In this document: one piece after another, positions 19,066-28,841 of the stretch
Layout of the letters: each line of letters opens with the position of its first letter
Position numbering within the stretch: position 1 is the stretch's first letter
Assembly (NCBI GenBank): GCA_964609495.1
Contig: CAZSTA010000009.1
Location: 1 to 38,199 of the forward strand
DNA: 38,199 bases
Source of the DNA: an uncultured bacterium
GTDB taxonomy: Bacteria > CAZSTA01
Direction: 5' to 3'
The notes under the pieces: model-generated
Databases searched by the model: none
The model's input: only the letters and a program-made list of their open reading frames with translations
Told to the model about the DNA's origin: nothing
Translations under genes and position numbers: made by a program

Positions 19066-20046
19066 TTAATCATTGATAGAAGTAAGTACACTATTAAAGA
19101 GCTTATCCCAACTCTCGTCGGAGTACATAATCCTATTACATTCTATAAGATGTTTATCTTCATGAACTTCTCCTAAATAAGATAATTCTTCTCCTTTCCT
19201 TTTGAGGGTATATTCAGATGCCTTGAAAAACCCACATATATATCCATTAATAGCTATTTTTTCTTCATACGCTGTTTCTTCTATAAAGTGGACTAAATCT
19301 ACAATATTATTATTTTCATCCAAATCATCTTTCATCCTGCTTCTTACAAAATTTAGAAGTTTTTTTAAGCTACTTATATGAGCAAGTATCTTCATAAAGA
19401 AATCTTTAGGTAAAGCAACTTTAACGAAAATCCCATATTCTGCTGTTATAGGAGCCTCTGCCCAAATACTTTCGAGCGTATCTGTCGATTTAATACTCAC
19501 AATATTCTTTGAATTAACTATATCTGACTTAAAAGTAGAGATATCAGTGCTAATTCCCCAATCCAAATTTATGTCTCTATCAAACTTTTGTTTTGCAAAC
19601 TTCCTAAAAGCGATTTCCCCTATTTTGCCAATAAATGTATCGGAAAAGATTTGTTCAAAATCCCGCTTCTTAGTTCTGCGGGTCTTTTCAGTCATAGTCG
19701 CTCTCGTCTCACCTTTAAGCATTTTGTAGGGCATTGCTAGTGAAAATATCATAAGTTTCAAAAGATCTATCTCATCTGGTCCTATTTCAACAGTATTCGG
19801 AGCAACCTTCTCTTCTATCCAATTTTTGATTCTTTCAATATCTACAATGTATTTTTCTCTACTTTTGTGTCTTTCGATATCAATGATATTCCATTCGTTT
19901 ACTCTTAATGCAGATAAGATAAGGCTAAATATACTCTCTTCGTTATAGTAAATTGAAGATTCTCTAAGATCAGAAATATAATCGTTCAATTTCTCTCTAG
20001 TCTTACTTCTACTCTTCAATGCTGTTTTAGTAAAAATTATATTCAC
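19066..20046 (-). CDS. Putative type II restriction endonuclease (PD-(D/E)xK-like)
   Basis: GTGA overlap with the upstream DNA methyltransferase; AT-rich. IGKIGEIAF helix followed by SDIV and SIKS resembles a divergent E...D...(S)xK active site. Confidence 0.55.
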   Translation of the reverse strand: MNIIFTKTALKSRSKTREKLNDYISDLRESSIYYNEESIFSLILSALRVNEWNIIDIERHKSREKYIVDIERIKNWIEEKVAPNTVEIGPDEIDLLKLMIFSLAMPYKMLKGETRATMTEKTRRTKKRDFEQIFSDTFIGKIGEIAFRKFAKQKFDRDINLDWGISTDISTFKSDIVNSKNIVSIKSTDTLESIWAEAPITAEYGIFVKVALPKDFFMKILAHISSLKKLLNFVRSRMKDDLDENNNIVDLVHFIEETAYEEKIAINGYICGFFKASEYTLKRKGEELSYLGEVHEDKHLIECNRIMYSDESWDKLFNSVLTSIND

Positions 20047-21364
20047 AACTTTTCACCTATAATTAGCCATTCCCCGGGTATCCCACTTGGGTTCTCATTT
20101 AGCCTATTTTTGGAAAGATGTCTGCTCTTTATAACATCAAAAAATGTATATTGAACATTAAAATTATTCTGAATCATCATCTCTGAAATTATATCCTTAG
20201 TTTTTATATGCCATCCAAATACTCTTGGTTCTCCTATAAGTATTGCTAATATCCCTTTCTTCACCAATAATTTCTCAGATAACTGGACAAAATATAGCAT
20301 ATCATTGAAATATGCCATAAAACGAGAGATATTCTCTTTGGTTTTGAAGTTCTTGGAGAGTTTTTCTATAGTATGAAGAGTATTTTTATATGGTTCGATC
20401 TTTAAAAGTTCTGAATTTAGATCACAAAATGACTTAAATTTCTGCCCTATTTCCTTCTTTGTCAGTTTTCTGATAGAGTCGTCATTCACCATATCTAACC
20501 AGTACATATCGATTTTTGTAGACCGGAAATATTCTTGAGCGTAAATATACGGGGGAGAAGTTATTATACAGTCCACCATCTCCCTTGGCAGTACTCGTTC
20601 TAATTCCTCTATACTCTTATCCAGAACCATTAAGAATTGTCCTTCGGTGTCATCCAATGAAGTTACTTTTTTGTATTCCGTTTTCATCTTTGAATTAAGC
20701 TGGATAATATAATCCAAATATTCTTCTGCCTTCTTCAGTAACTCTTTTCTCAATAACTCTTCACCATATTCATTAAATTTAGCTGTTAGTTCCTTCATCC
20801 TTATCATTTTTTGTTTCGACCTAAACAATTTTGGAGATTTATCCTCTCCGTAAGAATATTTTCTTGAGATATATAGAGCACTCGCTTTTAAAATATTCTT
20901 TATTTCGCTTTCGTTTTCATCGATATTATGAATACCACTCCATATCTTTGTTATTACCGATAGTATATCTGCGGGATACCAATAGTCTAAATTTTTCCAA
21001 TTCGGGACAAATCCCAAATTGCTTTCAAATATAGAGTCTATATGATGTTTTAATTTATTTATATAAGTAAAATAGTGTTTGGGATTTAGCTTTAGAGTCT
21101 TTATATCTATTAAAAATTTTGTTAAAGGGTTAATATCGTTTGATATATTGCTGTTTCCAGTTATTAGGCTTTCTACTGCCGTTGTTCCTGATCCAGCGAA
21201 AGGATCTAAGATTATCTTTTCCTTCAAGTTAAATGTCTTTATAACAAATCTAGGAACCTGGGGAATAAATTTGGCAGGATAAACATTGTGAATAGCATGC
21301 GTTAAATAAGTAGTACTTGAGATATGTTGTTTTAACGCTTCTCTTAGATTAATCAGATTTCTTG
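20043..21364 (-). CDS. DNA methyltransferase, N4-cytosine type (alpha motif order); 5' end lost in the assembly gap
   Basis: THAIHNVYPAKFIPQ, ILDPFAGSGTT (motif I), DINP, then IITSPPY (motif IV; SPPY suggests m4C). Confidence 0.88.
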
Positions 21365-21464
21365 NNNNNNNNNNNNNNNNNNNNNNNNNNNNNNNNNNNN
21401 NNNNNNNNNNNNNNNNNNNNNNNNNNNNNNNNNNNNNNNNNNNNNNNNNNNNNNNNNNNNNNNN
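21365..21464. other. Scaffold gap (100 N; true size unknown)
   Basis: Exactly 100 n characters. Confidence 1.
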
Positions 21465-23224
21465 CCGCCGACCCACTCTCCCGTCTCAGGAGACTGATAT
21501 CCGCATATAACAAGGTTCCAGGTTGCCCACCAACTCACCGGCATATTCCAAGGATTCTCCGCCGAAGGCCATCCAACCCAATAAGAGGTATTGAACGGGA
21601 CCAGGGCGGGAGCCTGAACCACCGGTATCGCCGGAAGGTCCTCAAAGTATATCTCCATCGCTTGTCGGAAGAGCTCTTTGACCTTATCCACATCACTGGG
21701 CGGGGTGGAAGCCATCTCGTCCACGATCGCATCGAACTTCGGATTCTTATACCTGAACGAGTTTCTCTCGAACCAGGGCGCCGGTTCTCCCAGAGGCACA
21801 TAGAATTTGCCGTGGAAGAGCTCTAGGTTGTCGAACACGTCGGTATCCCCGGGGCAGAAGGAGTGAAGCTTGATATCATACTCTCCCCGCAATATCGCAT
21901 CTGATAGGACGCCTGCACTCAGAGGTTTAACCGTTACGTCGATTCCCGCGGCTTTCAACTGATCCGCCAGCACCGCGGATACCTTCATCTCTTCCGCGCT
22001 ATTCGAATCAGCTAGATAGACCATCGAGAGTCTGGTTCCGTCCCCTGTGACCCATATACCATCTGCTCCCTTCTTGAAGCCCAAGGACTTGAATATCTCC
22101 TCCGCCTTCGCAGGGTCATACTTCGTCGTTGGATACTTGTCGCGCAGATCTTGGATATATTCGAAATAGGACTTCAATCCGCCATAGTCTGGATAGAGTC
22201 CCCAAGCCGGTGAGGTGGTGTTTTCATATGCCAGGTTGACGATCGCATCCCTGTCGATCAGGTAGGATATTGCCCACCGCACCTCTTTCTGGTCCCAGGG
22301 CTTCTTCGCATTCTGGACCATTAGCAACCTCGGGCAGGGGTCTAACCAGGCATAAGGGGCCTCATCATACCAGGCTGTGACATTGGGGTTTCTTTTCGCT
22401 ACCTCCAAGTAGGTGCCTAAGGAGAGAATTCCTATGAAGGGCGTATCGACGTCATTTGCCGTCAGGGCGATGGCGACGCTGGTCTCGGGTCCAAAGTATT
22501 GGAAAGCCACATACTTCGGGGCGGGCTTAACGCCGAACTTCTCCGTGACCCACCAGTCGTCTCTCCTCTCATAGATGATCGAGGTCTCGGAGGAGCTTGA
22601 GAGCTTATAGGGGCCGGTCCCAATGGGTGGATAATTCTTGAACTTTAGGGGATCTTCACCCTCCCATATATGCTTGGGAAGGATCGTAAGTCCTCCCCAA
22701 ATCCTCACATCGGGGTAAGCTTCTCTGATCATATGAAAACGTGGGTTTGCTTCTTTTAGCACCAATTTAACAGTGTAATCATCGATCTTCTCCACGGAAC
22801 TTACCCACTTGGTGACCTCGGCCGACCAGGTCATACCCGGATTCTCCATCAACAGTTCATACGTGAAAACGACATCATCGGCCGTGAACGGTTCTCCATC
22901 GCTCCACTTTACCCCTTCCTTAAGCTTGGTCGTTATGCTCTTGAAGTCAGAGGAATACTCGTAACTGTCAGCCAGCCAGGGGATATACTCCCCGGTCTCC
23001 AGATTGATGTAGAAGAAATACTCGAAGATCATCTGGTGCATACCCGTCCCAGATCTCGAGACACCTGGAGCGTAGATATTGAAGTTCGTAGGATCGGCGA
23101 CCCTGCCACTTAAAGCGATATAGAGCGTCTCCTCCCTAGGCAGGCGCTGAGCGGACGCATCCTGGGAGATAACTCCGAACACTAGAAGAACACTCAAGAT
23201 AACGATTACTTTGTTGAGTCTCAT
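21465..23224 (-). CDS. Family-5 (Opp/Dpp) ABC substrate-binding protein, probably oligosaccharide-binding; last codons fall in the gap
   Basis: Signal peptide; LPREETLY, WSDGEPFTADDVVFT, PIGTGPYKL, YWVGWPSAENP. Resembles Thermotoga-type sugar-binding family-5 proteins. Confidence 0.9.
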
Positions 23225-23407
23225 AATTTACATACCTCCTTTTTTATAACTAAAGTTTGGACAATTAGTAATGGCTACCTAAAAGGAAACCTTTTAACCT
23301 TGAGTTTTATTGTCTGCAAAAGTTTCCTTTCAGAGACGATCCGTCTTGGCGAGTAGCCTCGCACTGATGTGCCTTTTTCGCCCTCTTCTTCCCTCCTTTC
23401 TAATTTG

Positions 23408-23436
23408 ATTATAACAAAATTAACTCGAATTGGCAA
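23408..23436 (-). promoter_or_regulatory. Internal sigma70 promoter upstream of the binding-protein gene
   Basis: TTGCCA-17bp-TATAAT with extended -10 TG. Confidence 0.65.
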
Positions 23437-23451
23437 GTTTTTTAGCAATTA

Positions 23452-24417
23452 TTACTTGTAGAGATAGCAAGAAGCATAGTGATTCTCTCCCACCAGATAT
23501 AGCAGAGGGGGGCTTTTAAGACATATCTCCATAGCATAAGGACAGCGGTTATAGAACTTGCATCCTTCCACCGAGTTGACCTGCATCTCCTCCTCAGGGG
23601 GCAATTCTATGTGCCCTTCCCACTTCAAGTTCGGATCTGGAATAGGGATCGAACTGGTGAGCAACTGGGTGTAGGGATGCTTAGGGTTCTTGATGACCGC
23701 TGTCACATCCCCGTATTCAGCCACCGAACCCCGGTAGAGGATGAAGATGTTATCGCTGATCTGGTAAGCCGTCGAGAGGTCATGGGTGATGTAGAGGAAG
23801 GATATCCCGAAATCGCTCTTCAACTTCAGCATAATCTCCAGAACTGTAGCTCGCAGGGAAGCGTCTATCATAGAGACCGGCTCATCAGCGACGATCAGTT
23901 GAGGTTTCAAGAGGAAGGCTCGAGCGACCATAATCCGCTGTCTCTGTCCGCCGCTCAATTGATGGGGATATTTACCCGATATCTCATCCGATATCAGGCC
24001 GACGACCTCCAAGGCGTCCTCCATCACTTTTCTGCTCTCATTGTCGCCACTCGCTAGCTTGAATTTTTTGATTACAGTTCTGAAGACGTGATCGACCCTA
24101 TAGAAGGGATTATATACTTCGTAAGGGTCCTGGAAGATGGCTTGAACCTCCCGACGAAAGAGCGTCCACTCCTTTCCCGTCATATCCCATATATTCCGGC
24201 CCTTATAGAGGATCTCCCCCGAAGTTGGAGTCAAAAATCCTAGAACGAGGTGGGCTAAGGTGGTTTTCCCACTCCCGCTCTCGCCAGCGATGGTCGTGAT
24301 GACAGAGGTATCACTGGGTATCGTGAAGGAGAAATTTTCCAGCGCTATTGTCGATTCTCTCTTCCCGGCACTAAAGATCTTCGTCGCGTTTCTAACTTCG
24401 AGTAGAGGGGTTTCCAT
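23452..24417 (-). CDS. Opp/Dpp ABC transporter ATP-binding protein (OppF-like)
   Basis: GESGSGKT, LSGGQRQR, IVADEP, HPYT, C-terminal Cys cluster. Confidence 0.95.
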   Translation of the reverse strand: METPLLEVRNATKIFSAGKRESTIALENFSFTIPSDTSVITTIAGESGSGKTTLAHLVLGFLTPTSGEILYKGRNIWDMTGKEWTLFRREVQAIFQDPYEVYNPFYRVDHVFRTVIKKFKLASGDNESRKVMEDALEVVGLISDEISGKYPHQLSGGQRQRIMVARAFLLKPQLIVADEPVSMIDASLRATVLEIMLKLKSDFGISFLYITHDLSTAYQISDNIFILYRGSVAEYGDVTAVIKNPKHPYTQLLTSSIPIPDPNLKWEGHIELPPEEEMQVNSVEGCKFYNRCPYAMEICLKSPPLLYLVGENHYASCYLYK

Positions 24418-24426
24418 CTTATTCTC

Positions 24427-25386
24427 CTATTTGTATAAATGACAAGCTACAGTACGTCCTGGTTCGATCTCCCGAAATTCGGGTATCTCATCTTTGCAAA
24501 TCTCCATCACGTAGGGGCACCGAGGGTGGAAGACGCAACCTGAAGGTGGATTCAGAAGTGGGGGAGGGAGGCCAGGGATACCTTTGAGCATCTTTTTCTC
24601 TTTAAGAGATGGAACCGAGGCGATCAGCGACTGGGTATATGGATGTAGAGGCTTCTTATATATTTCGTTCACCTTGCCTATCTCAGCGATCTTGCCCGCA
24701 TACATAATAGCTAAGCGATCGACCAACTGGGCTTGAAGCCCCATATCATGACCTATAAGCATGAGGGAAGCCTCCAGTCTCCTCTGCACATCCATAAGGG
24801 TCTGGGTAACAACTCTCTGAACCACCACATCCAAGGCGCTGGTAGGCTCATCGGCGATAATGAGTTGCGGGCTCAGGGCGATAGCCATAGCGATGCAAAC
24901 CCTCTGCTTCATCCCTCCGCTCAACTCGTGGGGATACATATTATAGACCTTGCCAGGCAGACCAACCATACTGAGGAGTTCTCTGACCCTTTCTTCGCTC
25001 TCCCTTCTTGGTTGGGGACCCTCGTGCGTGGTTATCACATCAGCGATCTGGTTCTTGATCCTCATCACTGGGTTTAAGGAATTCATAGCGCCCTGGGGGA
25101 CTAAGGAGATCCTTCTCCACCTGACCTTTCTCATCTCCTCCTCTTCTAAACTAAGGAGGTCTAAGCCGTCAAGCATTATACGACCGCCCTCGGTGGAGCC
25201 TGGGGGCTTGATGAGCCGAAGGATGGACATAGCTGTCGTGGACTTACCACATCCAGACTCGCCAACGATCCCAAAGGTCTCACCTCTATTCACGGTGAGA
25301 TTTATACCATCCACAGCCTTGACGGGACCGCGCTGAGTCCAATAATAGACCCGCAAATCCTCGATTTTGAGTACCGTATGATTCAT
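24427..25386 (-). CDS. Opp/Dpp ABC transporter ATP-binding protein (OppD-like)
   Basis: GESGCGKS, LSGGMKQR, ADEPTSALD, HPYT, GCVFHPRCP. Confidence 0.95.
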   Translation of the reverse strand: MNHTVLKIEDLRVYYWTQRGPVKAVDGINLTVNRGETFGIVGESGCGKSTTAMSILRLIKPPGSTEGGRIMLDGLDLLSLEEEEMRKVRWRRISLVPQGAMNSLNPVMRIKNQIADVITTHEGPQPRRESEERVRELLSMVGLPGKVYNMYPHELSGGMKQRVCIAMAIALSPQLIIADEPTSALDVVVQRVVTQTLMDVQRRLEASLMLIGHDMGLQAQLVDRLAIMYAGKIAEIGKVNEIYKKPLHPYTQSLIASVPSLKEKKMLKGIPGLPPPLLNPPSGCVFHPRCPYVMEICKDEIPEFREIEPGRTVACHLYK

Positions 25387-25448
25387 CTTCGTCCTCTACT
25401 CAGCCACTACGATATAGGCGAAAATTAATTTTTCGGCTTCTAACTTAT

Positions 25449-25477
25449 ATTATAGCATAATTAATTCCAGTTATCAA
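25449..25477 (-). promoter_or_regulatory. Sigma70 promoter for the ABC ATPase genes
   Basis: TTGATA-17bp-TATAAT with extended -10 TG. Confidence 0.7.
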
Positions 25478-25524
25478 GACTCTTCAACCAAGAGGTAAGC
25501 ATGTAATAAATCGTGCTAGCAGTT

Positions 25525-25650
25525 TTGAACTCTCTTAAATCACCCTCCCCTAACCCCTCCCGTCAAGGGAGGGAGAACTAAAGAGAGCAGTCTTATCTGG
25601 ATGTTCCCTCTCCCCTCGTGGGAGAGGGATAGGGTGAGGGGGGAATTATA
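25525..25650. repeat. REP-doublet-like intergenic repeat, copy 2
   Basis: Two GC-rich palindromes (CTCCC.TCAAGGGAGGGAG and CCCTCTCCCCTCGTGGGAGAGGG) in inverted arrangement around a linker shared with 10090-10205. Confidence 0.85.
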
Positions 25651-25735
25651 TCCTGAACCCACTAGTAAAAAACTAAGAATATGATACTCCGATTAGAAGC
25701 TCAAAAACCGAGGGAGGAGAGGGGAGGAGTAATGG

Positions 25736-26473
25736 TTAGTATTTGTTCTCAATATATTTCATAGAATCAGCAGTTTTAGTCCACTCAGTTCCTTCATCTT
25801 TAGTTCTGGTTCGCAATGATAAACCACTACAATTATTCGCCAACACCTCGAAGACCCGATGGGCTATGAGAAGATTGCCTACGAAATTAGCATGGACTCC
25901 ATCCTGATGAATCACCCATTCTGCTTCTCCTTCTCCACTCCAGACATCAGCATAGAGACACTCATATCTCTCAGCTAATTGCCTGATAACCTCATTATAT
26001 ACCAGAGTCTGCCCTACTCCTCCTCTGTCGAAGGGAGCATACCATTCGAATCCGGTCATATGATATACGTTGGTCAGGACTGTCAGGCAATCACATCGAT
26101 CCTTTACATCAGTGATGATCTTAGCCATCTCCTCCCGAAAATCCTCGGGATTCATCCCAGCTCGCATATCATTTAGACCGAAAGACAGAATGAAGAGATC
26201 AGGTTGAAGTGCGATCACATCTTCTTCATAGTGTTCCATAGCACTAGGCTTAGCGGAAGCCTCATAACCAGGGCTTCTGGGACTGATCACACTAGCAGAA
26301 ACACCCTTATTGTGATATTCAACTGGCTCATCCTGGCAGGAGTTGATAAGCTTAGCTACCACATCGGCCCAGCGATAATCCTCGCTTTCAATCCATCCTC
26401 CGCCCTGGACAGTACTTTCTCCCAGCACAACCATTGTGCGAAACGGCTTGCTCCACCAATCTTTCTTAGTCAT
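25736..26473 (-). CDS. SGNH/GDSL hydrolase family protein
   Basis: VVLGESTVQG (block I, GES variant), NKGVS, FGLND (block III), DGVH (block V). Confidence 0.85.
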   Translation of the reverse strand: MTKKDWWSKPFRTMVVLGESTVQGGGWIESEDYRWADVVAKLINSCQDEPVEYHNKGVSASVISPRSPGYEASAKPSAMEHYEEDVIALQPDLFILSFGLNDMRAGMNPEDFREEMAKIITDVKDRCDCLTVLTNVYHMTGFEWYAPFDRGGVGQTLVYNEVIRQLAERYECLYADVWSGEGEAEWVIHQDGVHANFVGNLLIAHRVFEVLANNCSGLSLRTRTKDEGTEWTKTADSMKYIENKY

Positions 26474-26499
26474 TTAATCATCTCCATTTCGATTTTCGA

Positions 26500-27009
26500 T
26501 CAAGGCTTCCTTTCAAGATTACTAAAGCTCTGGATAGGACCATACCAAATCCCATCCCCCTCTGGTAATTCGGAGTAATTATCTTGAGTATATTCTCCGA
26601 TCACCTTCCTCCAAAATTGCTGAGCTACTAGATTATCTCCCATCTCCCGAACTTCCCAGTATCCTGGGAACTTATCAAATATCTGGAAGGCAGCCCCTCG
26701 ACCGATCCCTTTGCGACGATACTTTCGCATAACGAAAAACTCAGCTATTGAATGGACAGGATCAGGATATTCGAGGTAGACGTGGGCGTTGACTAGGACA
26801 AAGCCAGCTAGGTTACCATCCACATAGATGATGAAGGGACGTCGAGCTTCCTCTTGCCAGTATAGGTCAAGATATTTATACTCGAAGAGCCCTTCCTCAT
26901 TTATCTCAGTTCCTTCTATCTCGCTTAAATCGTGTAGATACAACTGCATAAGCCTGAAGAGAACAGGACTTTGTTCAATAGAAACTGGACGAATTTCTAC
27001 CTTAGGCAT
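26500..27009 (-). CDS. GNAT N-acetyltransferase
   Basis: SIAEFFVMRKYRRKGIG, AQQFWRKVI. Likely ATG at 27009, with TAATG coupling to the upstream stop. Confidence 0.88.
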   Translation of the reverse strand: MPKVEIRPVSIEQSPVLFRLMQLYLHDLSEIEGTEINEEGLFEYKYLDLYWQEEARRPFIIYVDGNLAGFVLVNAHVYLEYPDPVHSIAEFFVMRKYRRKGIGRGAAFQIFDKFPGYWEVREMGDNLVAQQFWRKVIGEYTQDNYSELPEGDGIWYGPIQSFSNLERKP

Positions 27010-27671
27010 TATCCAGCCACCCACTCGATGCCCTGTTGTAACATCTTCTGATAGGGTTTGCACTCGAAGGCTTTCTCATCGTGCCCTAGAGCGTTGTAAT
27101 ACACCCTGGCTTTCTCGTAAGAGGTGACCCAAGCCATAGGTTGAAGCTTTCCCTCCCAAAGGGCTGTCATCAAGGTATGGACCTGCCGAACGATAGTCTG
27201 AGTATGATAAAGCTCATCAAATATCTCGAAATCCTCAATACCCTTAGTGATCGGGTGGCATCGATCGACGATATGCATCCTATAGCCCGCCTGAAGCGGA
27301 CCATGCGCCGATTTTTCCCGATCCCAATAGCCACCCAATATCTGTTGAAACTCAGGCCAATTATCGAAGCAGATGGTAGCCGCATGCAGAGCCATCAGTC
27401 CTTTGCCAGCTCTCAGGAAATTCAATAGTCCTTTTTCCATCTCGGAAGTGATCTCGAAAACCCATTCCTCCCATCCCGGTGATATCACATAAGTGTAGCA
27501 AGCGCAGTTCATAGTTATTACATCGAACTCGTTGAGGCGAGGATCTGCGAGGATGCTGAAATCCTCGGTGATCTCGGATTCGATATCGACTTCCTTGAGG
27601 ATGTCAGCTAACATCGCTGAGGTAACCTCATAAGGATGATGAGTCCCACCGCTTAAAATTAGATTTCTCAA
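27009..27671 (-). CDS. ThuA-like domain protein (class I glutamine amidotransferase-like fold)
   Basis: LSGGTHHPY, GKGLMALHAA, HPITKGI, DELY, RVYYNALGHD. TTG start inferred after GAGGAG. Confidence 0.85.
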   Translation of the reverse strand: MRNLILSGGTHHPYEVTSAMLADILKEVDIESEITEDFSILADPRLNEFDVITMNCACYTYVISPGWEEWVFEITSEMEKGLLNFLRAGKGLMALHAATICFDNWPEFQQILGGYWDREKSAHGPLQAGYRMHIVDRCHPITKGIEDFEIFDELYHTQTIVRQVHTLMTALWEGKLQPMAWVTSYEKARVYYNALGHDEKAFECKPYQKMLQQGIEWVAG

Positions 27672-27711
27672 TTTTTTATCAACTCCTCTTCCTCTTAATT
27701 TCGCAATATCT

Positions 27712-28794
27712 TTAGATTTCTCCTTGAACAACCTTTCTAACTAGCTCCCGATAATACACAAAATTGCTCAGTGGCACATCAGGCGGAACAGCATGGTCAG
27801 TGTGGGGGATGTATCCACCCTGCTCTATCAGGTAAGGCACTTTTCTCATAACCTCTTCATAGATCTCATCTTTGGATCTCGCCAGAATCCGCTTATCGAT
27901 CCCACCCATCATAAGAAGATCCCTACCATATTCCTTCTTCAACTTCACTGGATCCACTCCCGCCGCGACCTCAACTGGCGAAAAACCATCCATCCCAGCC
28001 TCCAACCACAAGGGGATTAGAGGCTCTGGATTTCCATCAGAATCGACTAAGATAAACTTAACTCCACAACTTCTGAGATAATCCGCGAGCTTCCTATAGC
28101 TCGGAAACATAAATTTTCGGAACATCTCCGGGGAGATCATCGGCGCGGTCTTATAAGCCATATCCTCATTCAGAAGCACCAAATTGATCTTTAAGCTATC
28201 AATCCCTCGCTTAAGCACCTCGATTATAAAATCTGTTATATAATTCATCATATCCATCATTAGGTCTGGATCATCGTAAAAACAGAGGCAGGTATTCTCA
28301 AAACCCATCCATTGGCGAGTGGTCCAGAACAGGAAAGGTATAGTTAGGGAGACTGGAGCTGTGGCTCGATTCATCGTCCCCACCATCTCACCCCAATTCC
28401 CTGGATACCTCTCATCAGTTGATGGATCATATCTCCTCTTCATCCTTTCAAAATCCTCTCTATTCTCAACTGGGAACTTGATCCACTTACGGGTTACGAA
28501 CCCCGGCGTCTTATCCACCTCGAAGTCCTTCCTAGTCGCTCCCTCCTCATCTATCCAGATCTTGTAATCCTCGTACTCCTCTAAGATCACCGGCTCGAAC
28601 TTCGGACAATGCCCAAGATCGATCGGCACGGGAACAGAATAGGGATCGAGGCTGAGATATTCCTCAGGAGTTACTGTGAGTCCCTGTCGATGCCACTCCC
28701 TAAGAGTAGATTCCCTTATATGCCACTCCACCAATGGTATTCGATCGGGATTTCCGTACTTCATCGTCTCAATAAATCTCTGTCTCGCATTCAT
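27712..28794 (-). CDS. Uroporphyrinogen decarboxylase-like (URO-D/MtaA-CmuA superfamily) protein
   Basis: MNARQRF...PDRIP, WMGFEN, EDMAYKTAPMISP, DSDGN, GGIDK, GGYIPHTDHAVPPDVP. Confidence 0.88.
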   Translation of the reverse strand: MNARQRFIETMKYGNPDRIPLVEWHIRESTLREWHRQGLTVTPEEYLSLDPYSVPVPIDLGHCPKFEPVILEEYEDYKIWIDEEGATRKDFEVDKTPGFVTRKWIKFPVENREDFERMKRRYDPSTDERYPGNWGEMVGTMNRATAPVSLTIPFLFWTTRQWMGFENTCLCFYDDPDLMMDMMNYITDFIIEVLKRGIDSLKINLVLLNEDMAYKTAPMISPEMFRKFMFPSYRKLADYLRSCGVKFILVDSDGNPEPLIPLWLEAGMDGFSPVEVAAGVDPVKLKKEYGRDLLMMGGIDKRILARSKDEIYEEVMRKVPYLIEQGGYIPHTDHAVPPDVPLSNFVYYRELVRKVVQGEI

Positions 28795-28841
28795 TCTCCA
28801 GTTCTCTCTCAGGATCGTTTTGTTTGTTTCTTCTCAGCCTG

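Noticed and set aside
20043-23224. ORF-track proteins spanning the N run (477-aa methyltransferase starting MGRR, 623-aa binding protein ending QEI, 21362-21826)
   Set aside because: Artefacts of translating through a 100-N gap. The true methyltransferase start and binding-protein stop are unknown.
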